Shown: in pieces, positions 20,963 through 28,841 of the stretch
Layout of the letters: each line of letters starts with the position of its first letter
Numbering within the stretch: the first letter of the stretch is position 1
Assembly (NCBI GenBank): GCA_963763635.1
Contig: CAVXPO010000014.1
Coordinates: 4,123 to 68,122, forward strand
Direction of reading: 5' to 3'
Length of the DNA: 64,000 bases
Origin: an uncultured Alphaproteobacteria bacterium
GTDB lineage: Bacteria > Pseudomonadota > Alphaproteobacteria > Rhizobiales > Aestuariivirgaceae
Made by a program: the position numbers and the translations under genes
The notes under the pieces: model-generated
Told to the model about the DNA's origin: nothing
The model's database searches: none
What the model saw: only the letters and a program-made list of their open reading frames with translations

Positions 20963-20990
20963 GTTTGGATGACATGAAAAGGTGGGTGTC

Positions 20991-22605
20991 ATGATGCATG
21001 TAGGGAAAAAGTTTGCGTTAGGCCTTCTGATGCCATTGCTATTTGCAAGTGCAATGACGGTGCCCGCACGGGCGAGCGTCATGGATTTCATTCCCGGTGC
21101 AAAACTTGCTGGTATGGCGACGCATTTTCTGGGGTTCGAGGAAGTCGTCGTAAAGCGCAAACTGAAACGCAAGCGTGGCCAGCACGCAGGCAAACCGCAT
21201 CAGAATAATCCTGGCCAGACGCCGGATAATCCGGGGCAAACGCCGGACAAGCCAAAGCAGAAACCGGACACGAAAATAAACAACACAAAAAGACCGGCTA
21301 TTATCAAAATCCATACGCAGGCCATACGGCCCGGTGGCATTTGCATTGGCGGAAAAATTATAAGGCAGCGCTGCCGGTGTCAGGCAGGTGAAGTCAGGGT
21401 TGTGGTTGGCAAGGGCATATTTTCCTGCAATCAAGCCGATAAGCCCTCACCAGCCAGCCCAGGACCCAGCCCCATTGCCCGCGCGGCTTCTGCCGCTGCG
21501 GCAACCCAACCAGATGAACAATATGTGCCTAACGAGATATTGCTGATTTTTCCCATCAGTAGTGCATTGCAAATCGCAGATCAGGTTGCGGCAAATTATG
21601 GCCTGGAGATTATGCAGCGCACGGACATTGCCTTGCTGGAAAGGCGCATTATCCGCTGCCGCATTCCTGATGGCCGTTCGGTGAACACAATACTTGTCGG
21701 CATTGCGAAACGACGGCCGCATCAGCCTTTCACAACCCAATTATTACTATCGCCGCCAGGCCGCAGGCCAGGGCGCCACCGCCAGCAGCATTCAGTATGC
21801 GCTGGAAAAACTTGGAATTGCCGCTGCCCATTCTGTGGCAACCGGCAGGGGTTCGCGTATTGCTGTTGTTGATACGGGCATTGACCAATCCCATCCTGAT
21901 CTGAAAGCATCTGTTGCTAAAGCCTTCGACGCGGCGGGCGATGGGCAACAGCTCGCCGATCCCCATGGCACAGGCATTGCGGGCATCATTGCAGCCCACG
22001 GAGCCATTGCAGGTGTGGCGCCGGCGGCCAATCTCCTCGATGTCAGGGTCTTCACGACGGATAAAAGCGGAACCGGTTCAATTGCGACCACCATGGCATT
22101 GCTGCGCGGATTGCAGTGGTCTGCCGATAATAAGTCGCGCATTGTAAATTTGAGTTTGGCCGGCCCGCGCGATGAAGTGATAGGCGAGATCCTGGCGGCG
22201 ATGATTGCGAAAGAAATTGTCATCATCGCTGCGGCTGGCAATGCTGGTGCAACGGCGCCTAATGCTTATCCGGCGGCCTTTGAGAATGTGATTGCGGTAA
22301 CTGCAACCGATTCAATCGATGCCCTTTATGCGGAAGCAAATCATGGCAGCTATATAGCGCTTGCCGCTCCCGGCGTTGACGTCATAACGCCAGCGCTGCA
22401 CGAAGCTTACCTGATGAATTCAGGAACCTCCTTTGCCGCCGCCCACGTCAGCGGGGTAATTGCCTTGATGCTGGAACATGATCCCGGTTTATCGGTTCAG
22501 AAGATCCGCGCCGTGCTGCAGTCTGGTGCGATAGATTTGGGTCCCCATGGGATAGACGACCAATTTGGTGCGGGCCGCGTCAATGCGCTCGCCGTGCTGC
22601 AATAG
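20991..22605 (+). CDS. Secreted S8 (subtilisin) serine peptidase with a +1 frameshift at about 21694-21710
   Basis: Signal peptide and prodomain (YVPNEIL..QPNYYY), with catalytic VVDTG, HGTGIAG and SGTSFAA. The corrected length is 538 codons. Confidence 0.9.
21207..21269 (+). repeat. 3 x 21-bp imperfect tandem repeat (NPGQTPD)
   Basis: AATCCTGGCCAGACGCCGGAT / AATCCGGGGCAAACGCCGGAC / AAGCCAAAGCAGAAACCGGAC. Confidence 0.75.
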
Positions 22606-22799
22606 CTGGGCTGAACTGCTTTATAAGACAAGGAATGGACGAAAGGCTACAACATTCAATGTCGTTGAGTTTCATCGCTACAATGGCAGATGATAGCAAA
22701 TGAGCGAAGCCAGAGGGGGAAAAGCGAAACCGGACGCGGTGGGGAAACGCGGCCGGTCTCTTCACATCCAATTCGGTCTCCGTAGCAGGCCCAGACTCT

Positions 22800-23096
22800 T
22801 CAGTGTTTCTTGTTGTAGATCAACACGGACTGATAATTCAGTGCCTGATCGATTGCAAAGCGTTCCAGCGGATTAATAGAACCGTTTGCGCGCGCCCGGC
22901 TCTCCAGTTTCCGGATCATTGCCTGAGCCTTGGCGAGCTTAAGGAACTCGGCATAGGTAAGCGAACCGTTGGCAACACCTTTGAAGATGCGGTGAACCTG
23001 GTTATGTTCCCGCTGATTGATGCTGCCTGCGAACGACGCGTTGGCAGTCATAAGGATCAATCCGACACCGATCATGGTCTTTGATAAGATATTCAT
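22800..23096 (-). CDS. Small secreted helical hypothetical protein (INQRE.NQ..RI..GV..GSLT motif)
   Basis: GGAG SD, a signal peptide ending NASFA, and two internal repeats (GSLTYAE / GSINPLE). Confidence 0.75.
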   Translation of the reverse strand: MNILSKTMIGVGLILMTANASFAGSINQREHNQVHRIFKGVANGSLTYAEFLKLAKAQAMIRKLESRARANGSINPLERFAIDQALNYQSVLIYNKKH

Positions 23097-23180
23097 TTTC
23101 GTCTCCATATAGTTAGCTTTGTAAGCTCGCTCATGGCGCCTGGTGCGTCATTGCACCTCTTGCTGCTGGCCTACATGGAG

Positions 23181-23209
23181 TTAGTCGCGCCAGCACGGAT
23201 TTCGGTTCA
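23181..23209 (-). promoter_or_regulatory. Second copy of the candidate ECF promoter TGAACC-N16-CGACTAA
   Basis: The minus strand reads GTGAACC gaaatccgtgctggcg CGACTAA, pointing into the 22800-23096 gene. Confidence 0.7.
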
Positions 23210-23342
23210 CGCCAACCGGTTCAACATTGCCGCAAAATTGGCAGGCTGCTCCCAAACTTCTCATGAATCTGCTGTTGCAATGGCGGTGCGTTCGGAGTTT
23301 TATCTACGGGCTTGGGGGCTGTCTCAACGAGGAGGATTCTCC

Positions 23343-24743
23343 ATGAACATCCGTCCTGATCCCACCTTCCACCCCTCGCCCAAGCTGGCGATGGAGGCCC
23401 CGGTTGAAAACTTCGCCTATGTTCTCATGCTCAGTCCGGACTTTTCGCAAGCCGACGGGCTCGGCGTCGTCGACGTAAAACCCGGCTCGAAAAATTACGG
23501 CAAGATCGTCCACAAGGTGATGATGCCCAACAAGGGCGACGAGTTTCACCATTTTGGCTGGAACGCCTGCTCGTCTGCGCTGTCGCCGTTATCGGGCCAC
23601 GCCTTCCTTGAGCGGCGCTATCTGATCATCCCCGGCATCCGCTCGTCGCGCATCTATGTGATCGACACCAAGCCCTCGCCCACCAAGGCCAAGATCCACA
23701 AGATCATCGAGCCCGAGGAAGTGTTCCGCAAGACCGGTTATTCCAGGCCGCACACCATCCATTGCGGGCCGGATGGCATCTATGTGAGCACGCTGGGCGG
23801 CGGCGGTCCCGACGGCACCGATGGCCCGCCCGGCATCTTCATCATGGACTGCCAGACCTTCGAGATACTCGGCAAATGGGAGATCGACCGGGGCCCACAG
23901 AAACTCCACTATGATTTCTGGTGGAACCTGCCGCGCGACTACATGGTGACCAGCGAATGGGGCCTGCCGCCGCAGTTCGAAAAAGGCATCGTGGCCGAAG
24001 ACCTGCTTGCCAACCGCTATGGCCATCAGGTGCATTTCTGGGACCTGCGCGCCCGCAAAAATGTCCAAACCATCGATCTCGGCGCCAATCACCAGATGGC
24101 GCTGGAAATCCGCCCCGCCCATGATCCGGTGAAGGAATATGGCTTCCTGGGCGTCGTCGTCGATACGACCAATCTCGAGGGCTCGATCTGGACCTGGTGG
24201 CGCGAGGGCGGCAAGTTCCACATTGAGAAGACCGCCACCATCCCGCCCGAACCAGCGGAGAAGGATATGCTGCCGCCCTTGCTCCAGGGCTTCGGTGCCG
24301 TGCCGCCGCTGATCTCCGATATCGACCTGTCGCTCGACGACCGTTACCTCTACGTCTCCTGCTGGGGCACTGGCGAAGAGCGGCAATACGATGTCAGCGA
24401 TCCGCGCAAGCCCCGGCTCAACAGCTCGGTCAGGATTGGTGGCATCGCCGGCCGCGTCAAGCACCCCAATGGCAAGGCTTTCCAGGGCGGCCCGCAGATG
24501 GTGGAGATCAGCCGCGATGGCAAACGCGTCTATTTCACCAACTCGCTCTATTCGGCTTGGGATACCCAGTTCTATCCAGATGGCGTGTCAGGCGCCATGG
24601 TAATGGCCAATGTCGGCGCCGACGGCAAGCTGGAACTGGCCAAGGACTTCTGGGTTGAGTTCCCCAAAGGCTATGGCGCGCATCAGGTGCGCCTTGAAGG
24701 CGGCGACTGTTCGACCGATAGCTTCTGCTATCCCTCCGCCTGA
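23343..24743 (+). CDS. Selenium-binding protein SBP56 family (SELENBP1 / methanethiol-oxidase-like), no signal peptide
   Basis: GDEFHHFGWNACSS, PHTIHC, YDFWW, GGPQMVEISRDG..YFTNSLYSAWD and C-terminal GGDCSTD. SD GAGGAGG. Confidence 0.92.
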   Translation: MNIRPDPTFHPSPKLAMEAPVENFAYVLMLSPDFSQADGLGVVDVKPGSKNYGKIVHKVMMPNKGDEFHHFGWNACSSALSPLSGHAFLERRYLIIPGIRSSRIYVIDTKPSPTKAKIHKIIEPEEVFRKTGYSRPHTIHCGPDGIYVSTLGGGGPDGTDGPPGIFIMDCQTFEILGKWEIDRGPQKLHYDFWWNLPRDYMVTSEWGLPPQFEKGIVAEDLLANRYGHQVHFWDLRARKNVQTIDLGANHQMALEIRPAHDPVKEYGFLGVVVDTTNLEGSIWTWWREGGKFHIEKTATIPPEPAEKDMLPPLLQGFGAVPPLISDIDLSLDDRYLYVSCWGTGEERQYDVSDPRKPRLNSSVRIGGIAGRVKHPNGKAFQGGPQMVEISRDGKRVYFTNSLYSAWDTQFYPDGVSGAMVMANVGADGKLELAKDFWVEFPKGYGAHQVRLEGGDCSTDSFCYPSA

Positions 24744-24763
24744 CGAGCGGGGGCGAAGGGCAC

Positions 24764-25402
24764 GTGGCGTTGTGGCTGGCAGTGATCGCGAGCGGCCTTT
24801 ATCACGGGCTGAACCCCGGCATGGGCTGGCCGCTCGCCGTTTCGGCAGGATTGTGGGAAAGGCGTGAGGCGGCGCTGTATGCCGCGATTCTATGGTTGGC
24901 GGCTGGCCATTTTGCCGCCATGGCGGTGGTCCTGCTGCCCTTCGCCTTTCTGACCTGGCTCGTCGAGCGCAATATGGAAATTCGTGCAGGCGCTGGATTA
25001 CTCGTCATGGGCTTTGGGCTGTGGCGTTTTTTCGACCGGAGGCACCCCCGCGCCTTGGCCCGCATCAAGCCATCGCAGTTGGCACTCTGGTCTTTCCTGG
25101 TGGCGATCGCCCATGGCGCCGGCCTTCTGCTCGTGCCGATCTATCTCGGCATGGCGGCGTTTGGCGGGCACGCCACCCATGCCGGCATGGGCCACGCCAT
25201 GGCGGGCACGATTGCCACGGCCATGATTGTCGCCGTCGTCCACACCCTCGCCATGATCTTGGGCGGCGGCGCTATCGCCTGGGCGGTTTACAGATACCTT
25301 GGGCTGCAATTTATCAAGAAAACCTGGTTCAACCTCGAAGCCCTATGGGCCCTCAGCCTCATCGCCGCCGGCGCAGCTGGGCTATGGTCGGCGCTTGTTT
25401 AG
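24764..25402 (+). CDS. Integral membrane protein accompanying SBP56 (HGLNPGMGW motif)
   Basis: Hydrophobic segments with His-containing motifs (HG, GH, AHG, HT), directly downstream of the SBP56 gene. Confidence 0.75.
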   Translation: MALWLAVIASGLYHGLNPGMGWPLAVSAGLWERREAALYAAILWLAAGHFAAMAVVLLPFAFLTWLVERNMEIRAGAGLLVMGFGLWRFFDRRHPRALARIKPSQLALWSFLVAIAHGAGLLLVPIYLGMAAFGGHATHAGMGHAMAGTIATAMIVAVVHTLAMILGGGAIAWAVYRYLGLQFIKKTWFNLEALWALSLIAAGAAGLWSALV

Positions 25403-25567
25403 TCGCTGCATGGCGCGGTGTATCCGTCAGCCTACGGATTAATTATGGTTTGCACACTTTCCAAGGAAACTTGCCATTTTGGCAATGGCCCTGCCTGTTT
25501 TGGCCGCGCTGCAGAGGCCGCAAAAATCCGCTATAACCGTTCGCGCCGCCCGGCAAAATCGGCCTGC

Positions 25568-25697
25568 CTAGCGCATGATCAGGTTAAGTGGAATCCGGTT
25601 AACGGTCCGGTCGCGCGCCAGAATTAATGCGACGATCATGTTTATCACTTTGGGATGTCCCATCCCAAAGTGATCGTGATCTTGATCGCGCGCGCTG
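25568..25697. repeat. Palindromic intergenic element resembling rhizobial RIME/Bru-RS-type repeats
   Basis: Begins CTAGCGCATGATC..AAGTGGAATCCGGTT, has a perfect 14-bp hairpin at 25644-25674, and imperfect terminal inverted repeats. Confidence 0.5.
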
Positions 25698-25743
25698 TGA
25701 TACAGGGCTTGTAACAGGGGCAGGCCCGGGAGAATCCATTGCA

Positions 25744-25772
25744 TTGACAAGTTATAGCGACGCCGCTTAAGA
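25744..25772 (+). promoter_or_regulatory. Sigma70 promoter of tRNA-Leu
   Basis: TTGACA-N17-TTAAGA, 11 nt upstream of the mature tRNA. Confidence 0.65.
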
Positions 25773-25783
25773 GACACGCCGTT

Positions 25784-25868
<85 letters not shown>

Positions 25869-25937
25869 TGCTTCGTTCCCAAGGGAGCTACGCATGGCTC
25901 AGCCAAGTGGGGATAATTTGCCAGGCGGAAACTGCCC

Positions 25938-26126
25938 ATGCGAATCTCAATCATACGGGACGATGAGCTTGTGGTGAAAGCCCAGGACTTTACGGGAATC
26001 ATGAATAAATCAAGGCTCGTGCATGAAGTGCTCAAGGCCCTGGTTGCCCGCGAAAGCGGATGTCGGCTTGCATTGCTTGGAGGCAGTGAAGCTGAACTGA
26101 CCGGCATTGTTAAGCGCACCAACTAA
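25938..26126 (+). CDS. VapB-family antitoxin-like protein, orphan and probably degenerate
   Basis: MR..I..DDEL..KAQ..TG...KS.LV.E.LKALVARE...RLA.LGGSE matches a widespread VapB pattern. No PIN toxin ORF follows. Confidence 0.65.
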   Translation: MRISIIRDDELVVKAQDFTGIMNKSRLVHEVLKALVARESGCRLALLGGSEAELTGIVKRTN

Positions 26127-26207
26127 AGCCATCGACCCAAGCCTTGAGTATTCCTCCCTAGTCTTGTAAGCCTCGGTTTTTCAAATGGACAAGGATTAGC
26201 CGACGCA

Positions 26208-26819
26208 ATGGCCATAAAGCTTTACAAGGGCGATCTGCCCGCAGGCATGGATTTCGGCAGCTCCGTTGCCATTGATACGGAAACCCTGGGGCTGCTTCCG
26301 CGCCGCGACAAGCTTTGCCTCGTTCAGCTGTCATCGGGTGACGGCAATGCCCATCTCGTGCAGGTTGATCGCGCGAAATACGACGCGCCAAATCTCAAGG
26401 CATTGCTGACTGATCCGAAAGTGACCAAGATTTTCCACTTCGCCCGTTTCGATGTGGCTGTGTTGAAGCACTATCTTCAGATTGACACGTTTCCCCTCTA
26501 TTGCACCAAGCTGGCCTCCAGGCTCACCCGCACCTACACGGACAGGCATGGCCTCAAGGATCTGGTAAAGGAATTGCTCGGCATCGAATTGAACAAGCAA
26601 CAGCAAAGTTCCGACTGGGGCGCCCATGTGCTGAGTGATGCGCAGAAGCAATATGCGGCGCAGGATGTGTTGTATCTCCATGAACTGAAAGCGCGCCTCG
26701 ACCAGATGCTGGAACGCGAAGGCCGTGGCGCGCTGGCCAGATCCTGCTTCGATTTCATTCCCACGCGGGCTGGCTTGGACCTTGCAGGGTGGACTGAAGA
26801 AGATGTCTTCGCACACTGA
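26208..26819 (+). CDS. rnd: Ribonuclease D (short alphaproteobacterial form)
   Basis: DEDDy motifs AIDTET, FHFARFD and YAAQDV. Confidence 0.92.
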   Translation: MAIKLYKGDLPAGMDFGSSVAIDTETLGLLPRRDKLCLVQLSSGDGNAHLVQVDRAKYDAPNLKALLTDPKVTKIFHFARFDVAVLKHYLQIDTFPLYCTKLASRLTRTYTDRHGLKDLVKELLGIELNKQQQSSDWGAHVLSDAQKQYAAQDVLYLHELKARLDQMLEREGRGALARSCFDFIPTRAGLDLAGWTEEDVFAH

Positions 26820-27459
26820 CCTCTATCCCGACCAGACCGACAAGCTGCTTAAAGCCGCTGCTAGGCGTGCCCGCTTGGCACCCCTGTTGAGCCGCGCCAT
26901 GCTTGCTTTGGCGGTGGGCCTTGTCGCCACTTTCATCTACCAGTCCGGTCTTGTCGGTGCCCTTTTGCCGAAAGCTGAAAAAGACCCGCTGGTTGTTGCA
27001 AAACCGGAGCAGATAACCGGCCAGTCGGCAAGGCTTGCCGGCTTTGACCGCGAACAGCAGCCCTATGAGCTCACCTCCAAGCGGGGCTATCAGGACAAGG
27101 ACAAGCCCAACCTGGTTCACATGGAAGAAGTCATCGGCACTTTCAGGAAAGCGTCCGGCAAGGTCTATCACATGACCTCAGGCACCGGCCTCTACGACTC
27201 CAAAACCAGGGAAATGGACCTCGAAGGCAGCGTAAAAATTGAGCAGCCTGGAAAATTCACGGCCCGCATGGACAAGGCCCATGTGAGTGTAGAGAATAAG
27301 GATTTGGTGTCGGATGTTCCGGTTGTGATTGAACTGCCCTCTGGCAGAATAACCGCGAACGGACTTCGCGTCAGCAATAACGGAAAAAACATTCTGTTCC
27401 TGAATGGGGTGAAAGCCCATTTTAAACAATCGGCAAAAAAGGGAGGCGAAGGCCAATGA
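26803..27459 (+). CDS. lptC: LPS export periplasmic protein LptC
   Basis: N-terminal TM followed by a beta-jellyroll-like region (GFDREQQPYEL), directly upstream of lptA-lptB. Confidence 0.8.
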   Translation: MSSHTDLYPDQTDKLLKAAARRARLAPLLSRAMLALAVGLVATFIYQSGLVGALLPKAEKDPLVVAKPEQITGQSARLAGFDREQQPYELTSKRGYQDKDKPNLVHMEEVIGTFRKASGKVYHMTSGTGLYDSKTREMDLEGSVKIEQPGKFTARMDKAHVSVENKDLVSDVPVVIELPSGRITANGLRVSNNGKNILFLNGVKAHFKQSAKKGGEGQ

Positions 27460-27931
27460 CTAGGAAATTCGTGGTGTCGGCAGCGGTTCTGGGAATGCTT
27501 GCGGGTCCAACCCAGGTGGCCCATGCCCAACAGCTGCCGTTGACATTGAAGCCAATGAAATGGAAATTCTCGACGCCGACAAGAAGGCAATATTTCGTGG
27601 CACTGTGGTGGCGGTGCGCGGCACCGACACCATCAAGAGCGACGAGATGGTTGTCGATTATGCCGATACCAAGCAGGCGGACGGCACGTCGAAATCCGAA
27701 GTCAGCAAATTGGATGCCACGGGCCATGTGACCATTGTCACCAAGTCGCAGGTAATCACCGGCACGGCTGCAATGATGAACATCAAGGCCAATACCTTGC
27801 TGGTCACTGGGGATGTAAAAGTCGTGCAGGGGAAGACCGTGCTGCGTGGCCAAAAACTCAATGTCGATCTCAATTTGAACAAAACGGTTATGTCGGGCGG
27901 TCGCGTAAAGGGCAGTTTTGTTCCGAAATAA
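27456..27931 (+). CDS. lptA: LPS transport protein LptA (OstA) with a -1 frameshift at about 27529
   Basis: A signal peptide in one frame, then VDIEANEMEILDADKKAIFRGTVVAVRG in another. Adding one A gives 159 codons. Confidence 0.85.
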
Positions 27932-27971
27932 CGCGGTTCATCGAAAATTAACATAAATAGGCGGTAATCAC

Positions 27972-28826
27972 GTGACGCAGAATGGTGAAGTTGGACGTTA
28001 TCCGCGTTCTGGTGCAGTGAGAAACGCGCCAACACGGGAGAGGGTTGCAGTGCCCAGGGGCCGGTTGCCCCGGTCAGGCGCAGCGTTCCAAAGCCAGCCG
28101 GCGCGCGAAGGGATCGTCGCTCACATGCTCGCCAAGAGCTACAAGAGCAGGCCCGTTGTGCGCGGGGTGACACTTACCGTTCGGCGTGGTGAAGCCGTAG
28201 GTCTTCTCGGACCCAATGGCGCCGGCAAAACAACGGTGTTCTACATGATCATCGGCCTGATTGCCGCCGACCAGGGTACGATCAGTCTTGACGGGGCAGA
28301 TATTACCCATCTGCCAATGTACCAGCGGGCGAGGCTGGGGATTGGCTATCTGCCCCAGGAAAGCTCGATCTTCCGGGGACTTTCGGTTGAGGATAATATT
28401 CGCGCTGTGCTTGAGCTCGTCGAGCCCAACAAATCCAGACGCGAAAGTGTGTTGCGTGAGTTGTTAGATGAGTTCCAGATCAACCATATCCGGCATTCGC
28501 CGGCTGTTTCACTCTCTGGCGGAGAGCGTCGCCGCGTGGAAATCGCCAGAGCCGTTGCCACCGATCCCAAATTCATGCTCCTCGACGAGCCTTTTGCCGG
28601 AATCGACCCGATTGCGATCAGTGATATTCGCCACATGGTGCGACAGCTCACCGCTCGGGGAATCGGGGTGCTTATTACGGATCACAACGTACGCGAAACC
28701 CTCGAACTTATCGACCGCGCGCTCATTATCCACGAGGGCAAGGTTCTGACCGAAGGTACGCCCCATGAAATCGTCAATAACCCGGACGTGCGCCGCTATT
28801 ATCTCGGCGAAGAATTCTCGTTGTAG
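27972..28826 (+). CDS. lptB: LPS export ABC ATPase LptB
   Basis: GPNGAGKTT, GIGYLPQESSIFRGL, LSGGERRR, LDEPFAGIDP and TDHNVRETL. The start is uncertain. Confidence 0.96.
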   Translation: MTQNGEVGRYPRSGAVRNAPTRERVAVPRGRLPRSGAAFQSQPAREGIVAHMLAKSYKSRPVVRGVTLTVRRGEAVGLLGPNGAGKTTVFYMIIGLIAADQGTISLDGADITHLPMYQRARLGIGYLPQESSIFRGLSVEDNIRAVLELVEPNKSRRESVLRELLDEFQINHIRHSPAVSLSGGERRRVEIARAVATDPKFMLLDEPFAGIDPIAISDIRHMVRQLTARGIGVLITDHNVRETLELIDRALIIHEGKVLTEGTPHEIVNNPDVRRYYLGEEFSL

Positions 28827-28841
28827 GAAAGGCGCTGCGTA

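Noticed and set aside
23133-23342. 70-aa N-terminal extension or signal peptide on SBP56
   Set aside because: It is not signal-like and overlaps the divergent promoter region. A strong SD precedes ATG 23343.
25480-25500. Sigma54-like TGGCAA-N5-CTGC site
   Set aside because: The only downstream target is a tRNA with a good sigma70 promoter, and the match is imperfect.
19500-25780. tRNA-integrated island with att repeats for the ECF-S8-SBP56 block
   Set aside because: The block lies 5' of the tRNA, and no partial tRNA duplicate or integrase was found. It is accessory, but the mechanism is unsupported.
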